The notes under the pieces were generated by a model. That model was given only the letters and a program-made list of their open reading frames with translations, was not told the origin of the DNA and made no database searches. Source: Octopus sinensis (taxonomy: Eukaryota). From it: a DNA stretch of 64,000 bases. The DNA lies in contig NC_042997.1 of assembly GCF_006345805.1 (NCBI RefSeq), positions 119,846,001-119,910,000 on the forward strand, in the 5' to 3' direction. The translations under genes were made by a program, and so were the position numbers. Below, piece after piece: positions 42,169-56,631 of the stretch (position 1 is its first letter; each line of letters opens with the position of its first letter).

Positions 42169-42565
42169 AGCAAAGGCATCCTCCTCCTGCAGGACAACTC
42201 TCCGATCCACAACTCGCGTGTCGCCAGATCAGAAGCACAGGCGTGCGGCTATGAACTCATCTCCCATCCCCCCTATTCTCCTGACCTTGCACCCTCTGAT
42301 TTTCACCTCTTCCCAGCCATGAAGTTGTTTTTTAAAGGAAAACGTTTCCCAGATGATGCAGCCTTTATTTCTGAAGTCACGTCGAGGTTGGAGGACCAAG
42401 CTGGGTTCTTCTACATAAACGGTCTCCAGAGCCGCATCAAACGATGGGAGAAATGCCTAACTCTGTGTGGTTCCTATGTAGAAAAATACTAATAACTGTG
42501 CCAAGTTTCGTTGCTCTACTGCTATGGGAAGTGGGTCAGGGACATTACTTATTGAACGCCCCTCG
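42169..42565 (+). mobile_element. 3' fragment of the same mariner family as 36860-38148
   Basis: Near-identical to 37752-38148, including the TIR and TA. Confidence 0.9.
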
Positions 42566-42662
42566 TATATATATATATTCAGGAACAAATATAGGCAATT
42601 TTGTTTCTATAAATGAATTTATATTTGGAAAACTTGTAATTGTTTAAAATATATTTATTTAC

Positions 42663-42714
42663 ATCTTTACCAAACTAGTTTCACCAATATGTTTTGTTTA
42701 TCAATAGTAAAGAT
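42663..42714 (-). ncRNA. Minimal type I hammerhead, U3-A8 compensatory variant
   Basis: ATCTTTACTA-TTGATAA-ACAAA(ACATA)TTGGT-GAAA-CTAG-TT-TGGTAAAGAT; 10 bp stem I. Confidence 0.75.
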
Positions 42715-43094
42715 TTAGAATTATGAATTAGAAAAACATCTTTAATAATTTCAATCTTGACAAGTTTAAATGTTCATAACAGACAAATGTAATTTAGAAT
42801 TATGAATTACAAAGTCATGTTTAAAAATTATGATGTAGACAAGTTTAAATGTTCATAACAGTCTATAATATTAAAACTGTGCATCATATTGTTTGAATGT
42901 ACAAAGGACATTGATGTTAGTAGTGGTGGTCAAGAAAGGAATATCATCAAAATTTTAGTCATAGTGGGGGGAAAAAAACAAGGGAGAAGTGAAGATAGTA
43001 AAAAAAGAAGGGATTTGGTTTACAATTTCTCTGATCCTCTTTCGGTCGTGTGTAGGAATCTTTGCTTGTTATGGTGTGCTCTGAAATGTGGAGT

Positions 43095-43320
43095 GTGGTT
43101 AAGACTACATAGGTCAAACTAGCTTAACCTTGACGGACAGACTAACGATCTTCAGGCACCAAATCCAGGACACGATGGCTAAGAAAATTCCCGTAAACAA
43201 ACACTTAGACCAATGCCCTGTAAACATAAGCCCGAAATATCAAATCTTCCCTCACTATCAATGCACCGGAAAAACTTCAACACATTTCCGCTTAAATAAG
43301 GAAAGCATACTCACAGATGG
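43095..43320 (+). mobile_element. PLE GIY-YIG C-terminal relic
   Basis: YIGQTSLTLTDRLTIFRHQI..NKHLDQC aligns with the end of ORF 54113-55912. Confidence 0.7.
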
Positions 43321-43409
43321 ACCTTGCACTATGTGCATCATGTTTTAACTTTCTAGCTCACTTCTGCTGTTTATAGCACTGCTTTGAAGGAATGTTTGTA
43401 GCTCGTGAT

Positions 43410-43830
43410 CGTCGCAGCTAACATGCAAGTTGAGCAGACAATCCGCATGAAATTTGACGAAAATCTTGGTGATACCTGCTCAGATGTCTGTGCAAATATT
43501 TCAAAAATTTTTCATATTTTGTGACAAAATGAAGATCTTGCGCAACTGAAAACTGAGTGCCTTTTTGGTCAGCTGAAAGCAGTTTTCGCACAAACTTGGC
43601 AGACATGCGTCACATACACAAATCTTCAGTGATGATGGACTGAACTGAACCGTAACTAAACTGCACATCCTCTGATACCTCATGGATGGTGATTCGACGA
43701 TTTGCTCTCATAGCTGCAGGCAAATTAGCGATGCTATTGTCAATTCTGCTGGTTGCGCGTCTCCGCAAACCTTCGTCAATGTCGACATATTTCGGCTATC
43801 TTAGAAACGTTTGAACACCTCCTATACATG
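43410..43830 (-). mobile_element. Mariner fragment
   Basis: MSAKFVRKLLSADQK (WVPRLL-type motif). Confidence 0.6.
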
Positions 43831-44984
43831 TGTGCGGCTCATACACCCCTCTCCATATATTTTCTCCAAGTTTGTGTAGGCTTTTGAACTGGTATCGCCA
43901 AGAAAACGTTCTCTATCATGGTCAATGCGACGATCACACGCAACACACCTTCCTTCCAAGCTCTGATGTAAACAGCGGAAGTGAGCTAGAAAGCTCACTT
44001 AGTGCACGTGCTCGGCAGAGATCAAAGTTAGATCTCAAAATTTAACTATTCTATCTTTGAACGTAACTGCATTAATATCTGAGATATAAGATCCACCCTG
44101 ATGATGTTGATGTACATATCACGGCCATATATTGTGATGAACCACATCTACCAATCTAACGATGTATGTGATCTCTGAGACCACAGGAGCAACTGTTGGA
44201 CTTATAGCACCTTTCTTCGAGCCTTTTAGTTTTCTCTGTCATTTGTACACTGTGTATGTTGGACATATTAATATTTATAACTATATATCTATACCTAAAA
44301 CATCATCTGAAAGTCTACACATTTTGCTGTGTCTTGTTTTGCGTGTATGCTTATCATATATCCATATTTTCTACTTCTTACCCAAACTGTTATATTTGAT
44401 TTATTTAATACATTTGATATATCTAATGTTTCTAATTTGTTTATCTGCATAATTACATATATATATATATATTCATGCGCACATACATATATGCGCGCGC
44501 GTGTGTGAATATGGTTATATGCTAAATTACGTCTGTCCGACTGTTGTGTTTTGTTTATTCTATTCTGATCACATATTTATCGTATGTTTTATTCTCACTA
44601 TATCTTATCAGTGTATTCCATTTCCTTCTATTTAATTTTTTTTCCCTTACGCTCTACTGCTTGGCGCGAAATTTTCTGCTACACTAACAAAAACATTGTT
44701 AATAAAATAAGAAAAACAAAAGAAAAGGAGATCAATATTCCTTTTGAAAAGTTACCTGCTACAATGCTTCTACGATGAATGAAAATGGATTGTACATCAT
44801 CTCACCTGTGCATGATGAGTTGAAATTATCACAGTGCTTCTAAATTGAAAGTCTTGGGAATTCCATTCTCTCTCATACTTCTTTTTATATAAACTCCGCG
44901 GACAGAAAGGAATCGTGAAGTAAATCAAGTGTTATATAACTTACTAACGCTTTTGAATTCACCTCGCTGTATATTTATTTCTTT

Positions 44985-45279
44985 ATTGTACGCAAAGGAC
45001 TAAACACAGAGGGGACAAACAAGGAGAGACAAACGGTTAAAGTTGATTACATTGACCCCACTGCATAACTGGTACTTAATTTATCGACGCTTAAGGGATG
45101 AATGGCAAAGTCGACCTCGGTGGAATTTGAACTCAGAGCGTAGCGGCAGACGAAATACCTATTTCTTTACAACCCACAAGAGGCTACACACAGAGAGGAC
45201 AAAGAAGGAAACAAACTGATTAAGTCGATTATATCGACCCCAGTGCGTAACTGGTACTTATTTAATCGACCCCGAAAGG

Positions 45280-45280
<1 letters not shown>
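44985..45280 (-). mobile_element. SINE family B, partial tandem
   Basis: Repeated GTCGACCTCGG..GAATTTGAACTCAG units. Confidence 0.75.
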
Positions 45281-45312
<32 letters not shown>

Positions 45313-45336
45313 TACACACACATATATATATATATA

Positions 45337-45369
<33 letters not shown>

Positions 45370-48329
45370 GTGTGTGTGTGTGTAATTATGCAGATAAACA
45401 AATTAGCGCCCTATACCTCACTGTATACTGTATATGTGTTGTAAACGGCATAGTACAAGTTGTGCAAATGAATATAAATCTATTACTATCCATGTATGTG
45501 TGTGTGGGGGGGGGTCTTAGACGAAATACCGCACTGGTCACCAATACACAAATATGTTCATTGAAAATCTTATAATATATATGTATGTGTATACATGTGC
45601 TCCCGTGTGTGCATGTACGTATTTGATCTACCATTTTCAGTGGTTACTGGATGTTACATATACGTTTGTGTGCGTTTGTGCGTAGGTGTGTGCATGTCTA
45701 AACTTGTGCCTAAGTGTGCCTGTGTGCTCGTATAATTGCTGTGAAAGAGTCGGACGGAGGAAGGACCACTTGCTTATTTAGAGAATTTCTTGACTCCTGC
45801 AAAAATGCTAATACCTGTGCGTTTCTCCACATATATTACATATCTCAGACATAGGTGAATAGACACATGAATATGTGCATTCCAAGGAAAGTAGTGATTT
45901 GTTTAGTAACGTCAAAAACTAAATATCTCTAGAGATATGTTATAAAATATATACGAATAATGTTACAGAATGATTAATCACATCGAATTTGAAACAATAT
46001 TTGAATGAAAAATATTTTCTTCATAAACTGAAAATATTTCGCCCTGTAGCCATACGTCGTCACATGAATATCGTCTGAATTTATAAATGTTTTATAACCC
46101 TATCCATACAATCATTGTTCTTGCAGTTAATTGAAAGGAAACGTAGGGCTTCATAGGGTTTCTCTTTCCCCTCTTTTAATTCTGCATTTTGTGCACAATC
46201 TTTCCAAATGGTTACCACTCAGTTTGCTATAATCAAACTATAAATACTCTTTCCATTGATTTTGATTTTTGATTTTTCCAGTTTCAGCTTATGAGCTGTG
46301 GCCATGCTGGGGCACCGCCATTCTTCGTATAAAATTAAATACTCTTTATTCCTCATTTATTTAAGATAATGGCGCCCATTTGCGAATTATGCTTCAGCCT
46401 TACGAATGATATGAACATTGTATGTAGAAAAATGTGCACTCCCAGTATTTCCACTTGCATCGTAGTATTCATGGTTTATATCCTTAAAAACATAGCATTG
46501 TAAAGTAATTACTGTCTGATACAGAATTTCAATCGCTTCTACGTCATCTCTGCATTGATGTCTACAGATGCTTTGAGTCTATAAAAGAAGATTATCACAT
46601 TCAGTATTTTCAACGTACACAAGTAAGTCGTCGGAGAGGCGAATATTAAATCGTACAAGAAACAACCTGCTGGAAAGCAACATGCAATACATAATTTCTC
46701 ATTATAACACTTACGTTCATATCCCACAGGTACCAATAAAATATATAATTTATGATAATTTATTTAAGCTACGCGGAGAAATTACTCAACAAAGGCTTCT
46801 TTTCATATTGCGTTACATTTGCTACACCTTGACAATGTCATTATGCGTATTTCATTGAAACCAAACTTTATAATTAGCATTTAAAGATGACAACACTACT
46901 TCCTTGTTGAATTTCAAATTGAATTTGTAATAGACCGTGGATAGAACTGAAATAGCCGCTCGTGTAGAAGAATTTATTAAGTTAACGCTTTTACTAGTAT
47001 AACGAATCAATGATGAACATCAGTGTTAATGTGCACATATAGGTTTCTCCATACATTTTATAGTATGTATTCAGAGTAAGATTATCTTCAACCATCCTCC
47101 TTTCAGTATATTACAACTGGTGCAGTGCCGATACTGTACTGGTGATTAGCTGACTCTAAAACATTAAAGAAAGAGACGTTTCTATAAAAAAAAAGACTGA
47201 GCATCAACAGGCATTATAACGCAAAACTTCATATGAATAAAATAAATTTGTAAATATAATTATTGCTGAAGTCCCTTCCGTAACTAAGTAGAACGTTTCA
47301 TCAAGCAGAACCATGTTGAATTACCCCGCCATTTAGTAATTAAAAGACGCATGAGTGTAATTATTTTATAGTATAGCATTTAAATAATTAATTATTTGAC
47401 AATTTTTGTTCATGACCCCAGTTTTCAAGAAACATCACGATTTCCATTACGAATCCGATATAAATCAATTACGGTTTTCAATTTTACACATCAACACTAT
47501 GCACAATCCTTAACGGATCCAAAGCTATTGTTTTATCGATCGGAAATTGTGTACATTCACACATGGCTTATATTACAGGCGGTAATTTATGACATCTTTC
47601 CCATAGAAAATGGTGATACGAGATATTCATTGAAAATTGATGGAACTTTTGTTGCAAATATTTCAATGACCTCTTAAATTTAGGAGCATTGAATGATCAT
47701 AGAATACAAAACAGTATCAATAATAAACATAATAGTCGGAAGTTTCATCTAATAGCACGCTGCATGAAAATGTTGTGACTTAAGAGCGATTTTTATCTAA
47801 TCGGTGGGACGGCAACATATCTTATGAGAAATCTTGACACAATCCTTGAAGATATTTTTTTGCATCAATGATAGGAGAGTCATTTTATTTTAAAATTGGT
47901 GAAATACGGATTTGTAGGTGTAAAGAATATTCGAGATTTATAGTGAAACTGTGTATCACGGAAAACAAACATGCAGTTGATATTTGTTAGCTGCTTTTAC
48001 ATGTAAAAATTCCTTCGTCGTCGGTGTTATTTGCTGTTTTTAGGTATAAGATGTTAGATATACAAACACATTTATATCGATGGAATTAGCAGAATAATTG
48101 AAATTAAAAATACATCATGAATATATGTAATTCTTATGTCTTACGAATAAAGATATTTTTCAGGATAATACGCGGTAACGTTTGTGATAGGGAACGTGTG
48201 GAATGGTTGATACTAAGAGTAAAGCCATGTGCATGTCTCCGCATGATGAGCATGTCTCACCAATTTCATGGCTATATATAGCAACCAACGTTCAGTGAAG
48301 CAATGACCTGATAGTGAATAAATACATTC

Positions 48330-48940
48330 TTTTCTACATTAGGCACAAGGCAGGAAATTTTGGGGGTAGGCGGGGCAGTTGAGTAGATCAACCCCAGTAC
48401 ACAACTAGTAATTAGTTTATCGCCCTCAAACGGATGAATGGCAAAGTTGACCTCGGCGGAATTTGAACTCAGATCGTAAAGACAGACGAAATACCGCTTA
48501 GCATTTCGCCGGGCGTGCTAAGGTTTATGCCATCTCACAGCTTTTAATCTTTTCTACTCCAAGCACAAGGCCCGATATTTTTAGGGAGAGTGCTAGTCGA
48601 TTAAATTGACTCCAGTATGCAACTGATACTTAGTTTATCGACCCCGAAAGGATGAAAGGCAAAGTCGACTTCGGCGAAATTTGAACTCGGACCATAAAGA
48701 CAGACGAAATACCTATTTCTTTACTAACCTCAAGGGGCTAAACACAGAGGGGACAAACAAGGACAGACCAACGGGTTAAGTCGATTATATCGACCCCAGT
48801 AACTGGTACTTATTTAATCGACCCCAAAAGCATGAAAGGCAAAGTCGACCTCGGCGGAATTTGAATTCAGAACATAGCGGCAGACGAAATACCGCTAAAC
48901 ATTTCGCCCGGCGTGCTATAGTTTTCTCCAGCTCGCCACC
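48330..48940 (-). mobile_element. Cluster of three SINE family B units
   Basis: Three GGCAAAGTCGAC..TTTGAA(C/T)TC cores near 48440, 48660 and 48840. Confidence 0.8.
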
Positions 48941-49680
48941 TTGTGAATAAACATATTATAAAAGGAATGCTGTTTTGCGGAGGCAAAATACATCGTAATC
49001 TTATATGACACAGACTGAACTTAAGTCATCACCAATAAAAGAAGAAATTTCTGGCATAGAATTTAAAATGAAGTTACACAGAAAAGAAGATATACATATA
49101 TACATATACGTATCACCCCACCCCAACACAAATACATACATACATGCACATATACAAGCATACGCACACACATCGAGATTATCATACATTTTATAGCCAG
49201 TTATCCTTATTATATCTAAGAAGCTCATTGATCTTCTCTGATCGAGATTAGAGATTTTAGTAAAATGCAAACATACCTACAATTTTCTACAATCGAACTA
49301 GAGAACCCCACTCTATCTATATAGAAATATAGATTTATATACTTCGATAGTTTCTCTACGAATTAACTCCCATTAAATATTGTTAATTCAAATTGTAACA
49401 AGCTAAAGAGAACACAAATCTTTTCACGGTTTCTTCCAAAATTTCTTTTTTCTCGTTCATTTTATAAAAAATTCTCTTTCTTTCCTTCATTTCTTTCATT
49501 CTTATTTTTTCTTGCCTCATCTCAAAGAGCAGTCATATTCATTTATATTTGAAACAGGGTAACTTTTAGTAGTTCACACCTTTTGTTTATCCAATAATAT
49601 CGTTATATGTATCTTTGTATGTAAGGTTGTATGTATCTATGTGTATAAACAGACACACACATAGGTCCTTATACACATAT

Positions 49681-49699
<19 letters not shown>

Positions 49700-49730
<31 letters not shown>

Positions 49731-50392
49731 GTATACACACACACTCACACACATATAAATATATATATACATATATATATGTATGCATGTATGTGTGTGT
49801 ATGTGTGTGTAATTGTAATTCATTTGAATTACACACTTAAATTGAAGCACCAAGCCAGTCCGTTTTTGTCCGAAAAGTTCAGAGTTAGATGAATAAAACG
49901 CAAACAACGATGTAGTTCTATACTTAAGAGATGCGGAAGTATTTACATTATTTACATTATTTACATTTGCGTATATTTGTCCTTAGGGATGAGAACCCAG
50001 ATTCGAAATTGCCCTCAAGACACCTGATAAAGGCTGGAGGGTATATCCGTCAAATATCCGTCAGATGTCCTCTGCCACCCTAAATTGTAGTAGGCTTTAG
50101 GTATACATTTTTATCCGAAATGAATTCTTCCACAAAACTTGCAAATTCAAACAATGTAATTATTTTAGTTTCATTTACTCATGAAATTATACTAAAAAGT
50201 AACGGTTCATCCTTAATGTTGGAAATGTATGTAGCCGTCCACGTCCGGGGAGAGTGGTTTATTTCAAATTGATATCATGATCAATTAAATGGAGCCGCTT
50301 GAAACGGCCGTGATTCACTGATACATGGACATCCTTGTTACTTATTTGCTTTTGATACACACACACACACACACACATACACACACACACAC

Positions 50393-50434
<42 letters not shown>

Positions 50435-51064
50435 ATAAATGTATACACACACACTCACACACATATAAATATATATATACATATATATATGTATGCATGT
50501 ATGTGTGTGTATGTGTGTGTAATTGTAATTCATTTGAATTACACACTTAAATTGAAGCACCAAGCCAGTCCGTTTTTGTCCGAAAAGTTCAGAGTTAGAT
50601 GAATAAAACGCAAACAACGATGTAGTTCTATACTTAAGAGATGCGGAAGTATTTACATTATTTACATTATTTACATTTGCGTATATTTGTCCTTAGGGAT
50701 GAGAACCCAGATTCGAAATTGCCCTCAAGACACCTGATAAAGGCTGGAGGGTATATCCGTCAAATATCCGTCAGATGTCCTCTGCCACCCTAAATTGTAG
50801 TAGGCTTTAGGTATACATTTTTATCCGAAATGAATTCTTCCACAAAACTTGTAAATTCAAACAATGTAATTATTTTAGTTTCATTTACTCATGAAATTAT
50901 ACTAAAAAGTAACGGTTCATCCTTAATGTTGGAAATGTATGTAGCCGTCCACGTCCGGGGAGAGTGGTTTATTTCAAATTGATATCATGATCAATTAAAT
51001 GGAGCCGCTTGAAACGGCCGTGATTCACTGATACATGGACATCCTTGTTACTTATTTGCTTTTG

Positions 51065-51150
<86 letters not shown>
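49700..51150. repeat. Near-perfect tandem duplication, 710 bp period
   Basis: 49811 = 50521 and 50221 = 50931; one substitution seen outside microsatellites. Confidence 0.92.
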
Positions 51151-51154
<4 letters not shown>

Positions 51155-51250
51155 TATATGTATAGGGGTGAAAAGGAACACACGAGTTGACATATATGAA
51201 AAAACAAGTCAAAAATAGAAAATGCTAAAATAATTTTATAGTGAACATTT

Positions 51251-51288
51251 CAGTACCGGTTTCGGTCATTTTGAGACCTTTTCAACTG
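51251..51288 (-). ncRNA. Minimal hammerhead, U3-A8 variant (left arm)
   Basis: Exact inverse of 56632-56669. Confidence 0.8.
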
Positions 51289-51982
51289 TAACGATTAAGT
51301 AATTAAATTTAGAAAAATTAGAAGAAAAGTTTTTTTAAAAAGAATATTTCTATAGTAGTGTTCAGATTTAAGTGGCATTCTGCCTTTCTCTGACTCCCTT
51401 GTTTGCACTTGCGTGTTGGAGGTCGTTGTGAGTTCTTGGTAGGGTAGTAGAGGAAGAAGGCTGGTGAGGAAAGGGGTTGGGAGAATCTGGGAGTGCCCTG
51501 ATGGTCGTATTTTGAATGGTCAGTGGCGGCTGGCAGCCTCAGTTCAATTCAGGAGAATATTTATATTGACAGGCTTGTTTATAGAATTTGCGTAGGTGTT
51601 ATACTAAAAAACATTAGTGACAAGTTAAGGGGTAGGAGGTGGAGAAGTAGAAGAAGAAGAAGAAGAAGATGACGATGTTGATGATGATGATGATGAAGAA
51701 GAAGAAGAAGAAGAAGGAGAAGGAGAAGATGGCGATGATGGTGATGGTGGTGATGATTATGACGACGATGATGATGATAATGATGATGATGAAGAAGGAG
51801 AGGAAGAAGAAGAAAAAAACAGAGAAGGGAGAATATGAATGGGTTAAAGTAGTGAGGTGTTGTATGACTTGAAGTTGGTATGTTATGGATTATAGCTGTG
51901 ATTTTAGCTGTGATTAGTAATGGATTCTTTGGAATATAATATTTGTGTGTGAATATTTCTTTTATTCTAAAGTTGAGGTATA

Positions 51983-52954
51983 TTAACTGTTTGTCGTAGA
52001 CCCGTTAAGAAGTGGCCTGTATTTTGCAATAAAGAGAGTTTCTTTACTTATTCGTTGTCTCAAGGTTGTATCGTCCCTAAATTGGTAGAGGAGGGAAATC
52101 CTGAAGCTTGGTGTTTTTTTGTTGGCGCAAGTATCTATGTGTTGGCTAAAAGCTATTTTTCTGTTTTGGGGAATTTTTATCTGGGATCTGTGCAGGGCCA
52201 TTCGTTTACGCAAACTATTTTTTGTTTAGCCTATGTACTGCTCTTGACATCCGGAGCAGGTTAGTGAGTATATTAGGTTCTCCGAAGCACATGTGAAGTT
52301 GTTTTTCACTGTAAACCGTTGTCCCTGTTTGAAGGAGAACTCTGATCCCTCAATTAGATAGTCGCATATCCCGCAATTGGGTCTTCCACATTTTTTTACT
52401 GTCGGCTTCTGTGTTGAAGAGTGAATTCGGGCTTGTGTTAGGAGACTTTTCATGGATTTAGGCTGTCTCTTGCTTTTTATGATCGTGTGTGTTTGGAGGA
52501 TTGTGTTCATTCTGTGGTCTTTTTTTAGGAGGGGTATGTTGTGGAGGATGGTGCCGAAGGCTTCGTTATTGAGAGGGTTGTGTGTGGAGATGTATGGTAA
52601 GGCTTTTGGTTGTAAGTTTTTCTTTGATTTGGGATGTCTCAGTTCCTTGATGTTAAGTTGAAGGGCACGTTGAATGCACTTGTCAATAAGTGAAGGTGGA
52701 TAGTTCCTGGTGATAAGGGTATCTTTTAGTTCTTGTAGTCGTGTGTCTTTGGTGTTTGCGTTCGAGACTATAGTGCATATCCTTTTTGCTAGGTTGAAAG
52801 GGATATTCATCCTGGTGTGTCTGGGGTGGCATGAATTGAATGGAAGATATTGCTTAGAGTCTGTAGGCTTATAATATATGTCTGTTTCTATTATATTATT
52901 AGCTTTCTTAATGAGGATATCGAGGAAGGGGAGTTGTTGCTGGCTATATTCCAT
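51983..52954 (-). pseudogene. Inverted copy of PLE RT thumb + GIY-YIG endonuclease
   Basis: ORFs 52226-52954 and 51983-52213, split by a TAA right after YIG. Confidence 0.9.
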
Positions 52955-53725
52955 CGTGAATTGGATGAAAAAGAAGAACTAAAATCTCTCCAACGCTGGG
53001 AGAAAAGCGCCACTTGGTTCTCAGACTATGAAGCCGTCTTTCAAACAGAGCACGCCTCCAACAACCCTTTCCAGAAAATAAGAAAACCAAAACAACACCC
53101 AAACACCGATACACACCTGTCTAAAAATCGGAACCTTCACTACTATCAAAAAAAGAATACAGGACCTAACCCTAACTCTGTAAGCAGCCAGCGATACAAT
53201 ATCAGGAATACCCCCACTTCAAGCAGAGAAAGGATAAATCAACACCCACAGCATAGACACTGCAACCTTATCCCCACCCAAAGGAGTTACCAACGAAATC
53301 TACGTCCCATCAACCGGTTAAACAACCAAGCACAACAAACCCACACCACTTTCAATGATTATCCTCATTCGTTTGGGCCCTCAATTTCAGAAGTTCTATT
53401 TCCATTTTCATTTTTCCAGTGCCATTCTCTCCCTGAGGTGTCTTTGTGTTTCAGGTTCTTCTGTAATAGCTTTGAACTGGAATTTACGTGGGAGGATTAA
53501 CGGGGTCCGGTTGAGCCATTTTTCGTATATATCCGCTTTGTTGTTGTTTTGGATCATCTTCCAAAAGGCGAACTTTCTATCTCTGAGTGATTTGTTCCAT
53601 TGTGGTATTATGTGGTGTTTCATTTGTTATGTTGTTAGAGTATTGATCCCATATATTGACGCGTTTGGAGGTCCTTGGTTAGCGTTGTTAGAGAAAAATG
53701 TTCTAATTGTTTCGCATAAGTTTCC

Positions 53726-55912
53726 AAGGTTTTCGACAACACCCCAACTACAATGAAATGAAAGAAGACATCGCAGAATTCTGCAGAAAATTAAGACTTA
53801 CTGAGAAGCTATACGATAAATACAACGAGGACGAATCGTTAGCCACAAATAGGAGTAACTACACCCCATCGAAAGGTAAGAATAAAACACTTGATGATTT
53901 CTGTGACCACATATCAAATTACCCATATCAACATATGCACAAACAAAAACACAAACCAAACTTCAGCAAAAAAGAATGGGCTGAGTTGAACAAATTAAAA
54001 CTAGATAAAACAATAACAATCAAAGAGGCCGATAAAGGGAGTGCTGTTGTCTTAATGGATACGACATTTTACATAACTTTGGTACTTTCTATGCTGGAAG
54101 ACACACCATACTATGAAAAGGCACAAAACTACAGTCAACAAAAAAATAATGAGGGAACTAAAATCCATATTAAACCCATACAAAGCAGGGCTCACCGACA
54201 AAGAATATGATTATATGACCAACTTCACAAGCAAAACCAGCCAATTCTACGGTATACCTAAGATCCACAAAAGTGAGAAAATAAGCAACGCATGCAAGAT
54301 AGCTACAGACAAAATAATTAAAGTCCCTAATCCTAATGACCTCAAATTGAGACCCATAATAGCAGGTCCCGCATGCGAAATCCACCGCCTCAGTAACTTT
54401 TTAGACACCCTGTTAAAACCACTCCTAAAACATGTCAAAAGCTATATAAGGGACGACTTAGATATGCTCAATCACCTACCGAATACTATAAACAAAAACA
54501 CCATACTGGTATCCTTCGATGTAGTCAACTTCTACTCCAATATCCCCCACAACCTAGGACTAGAGGAAATCCAATTCTGTCTAGAAAATCACGCCAACGA
54601 ACTACCACATCGCATCAAAAAAGAATTCGTGATAGAAGGGGTTAAATTCATCCTGGAAAATAAATTCTTCGCCTTCAATGACAACTTCTACCGACAAAAA
54701 TCGGGGACTGCGACGGGTACACGAATGGCACCCTCCTTTGCCAACCTAGTCATAGGATATCAAGAGATCAGTCTGTATCGTAAGGTTCTAGAAAGATATG
54801 GCAGCCCTTTCTCCATCTACATAGAAAACAACTGGAAGAGATATCTAGATGACTGTTTCATCCTTTGGCATAAAAATATAGAAAAACTCATAGAATTCCA
54901 GAAAATCTTAAACGGACTGGACGTAAACATCCAATTCACGATGGAATATAGCCAGCAACAACTCCCCTTCCTCGATATCCTCATTAAGAAAGCTAATAAT
55001 ATAATAGAAACAGACATATATTATAAGCCTACAGACTCTAAGCAATATCTTCCATTCAATTCATGGCACCCCAGACACACCAGGATGAATATCCCCTTCA
55101 ACCTAGCAAAAAGGATATGCACTATAGTCTCGAACGCAAACACCAGAGACACACGACTACAAGAACTAAAAGATACCCTTATCACCAGGAACTATCCACC
55201 TTCACTTATTGACAAGTGCATTCAACGTGCCCTTCAACTTAACATCAAGGAACTGAGACATCCCAAATCAAAGAAAAACTTACAACCAAAAGCCTTACCA
55301 TACATCTCCACACACAACCCTCTCAATAACGAAGCCTTCGGCACCATCCTCCACAACATACCCCTCCTAAAAAAAGACCACAGAATGAACACAATCCTCC
55401 AAACACACACGATCATAAAAAGCAAGAGACAGCCTAAATCCATGAAAAGTCTCCTAACACAAGCCCGAATTCACTCTTCAACACAGAAGCCGACAGTAAA
55501 AAAATGTGGAAGACCCAATTACGGGATATGCGACTATCTAATTGAGGGATCAGAGTTCTCCTTCAAACAGGGACAACGGTTTACAGTGAAAAGCAACTTC
55601 ACATGTGCTTCGGAGAACCTAATATACTCACTAACCTGCTCCGGGTGTCAAGAGCAGTACATAGGCCAAACAAAAAATAGTTTGCGTAAACGAATGGCCC
55701 TGCACAGATCCCAGATAAAAATTCCCCAAAACAGAAAAATAGCTTTTAGCCAACACATAGATACTTGCGCCAACAAAAAAACACCAAGCTTCAGGATTTC
55801 CCCCCTCTACCAATTTAGGGACGATACAACCTTGAGACAACGAATAAGTAATGAAACTCTTTTTATTGCAAAATACAGGCCACTTCTTAACGGGTCTACG
55901 ACAAACAATTAA
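53726..55912 (+). pseudogene. PLE reverse transcriptase / GIY-YIG endonuclease, frameshifted near 54140
   Basis: FCRKLRL, IKEADKG, RPII, SFDVVNFYSNIP, GTATGT, RYLDD, LPFLD and LIYSLTC..YIGQT motifs; ORFs 53707-54210 and 54113-55912 overlap at an A7 run. Confidence 0.92.
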
Positions 55913-56631
55913 TATACCTCAACTTTAGAATAAAAGAAATATTCACACACAAATATTACATTCCAAAGAATCCATTACTAATCACAGCTAAAATCACAGC
56001 TATAATCCATAACATACCAACTTCAAGTCATACAACACCTCACTACTTTAACCCATTCATATTCTCCCTTCCCTGTTTTTTTCTTCTTCTTCCTCTCCTT
56101 CTTCATCATCATCATTATCATCATCATCGTTGTCATAATCATCACCACCATCACCATCATCGTCATCTTCTCCTTCTCCTTCTTCTTCTTCTTCTTCATC
56201 GTCATCATCATCAACATCGTCATCTTCTTCTTCTTCTTCTTCTTCTTCTTCTTCTTCTTCTTCTTCTTCTACCTCTCCACCTCCTACCCCTTAACTTTGT
56301 CACTAATGTTTTTTTAGTATAACACCTACGCAAATTCTATAAACAAGCCTGTCAATATAAATATTCTCCTGAATTGAACTGAGACTGCCAGCCGCCACTG
56401 ACCATTCAAAATACGACCATCAGGGCACTCCCAGATTCTCCCAACCCCTTTCCTCACCAGCCTTCTTCCTCTACTACCCTACCAAGAACTCACAACGACC
56501 TCCAACACACAAGTGCAAACAAGGGAGTCAGAGAAAGGCAGGATGCCACTTAAATCTGAACACTACTACAGAAATATTCTTTTAAAAAAACTTTTCTTCT
56601 AATTTTTCTAAAGTTAATTATTTAATCGTTA

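Noticed and set aside
42714-42861. Short repeats as a CRISPR-like array
   Set aside because: Two-unit tandem duplication in eukaryotic repeat DNA; no unique spacers or cas genes.
50020-50070. CTGATAA-AGGCTG remnant (also near 50730)
   Set aside because: GAAA/stem III half is missing; at most a truncated relic.
51669-51872. Poly-M/K ORF and its inverse at 56023-56223
   Set aside because: (GAT)/(GAA) trinucleotide tract in the PLE 3' UTR.
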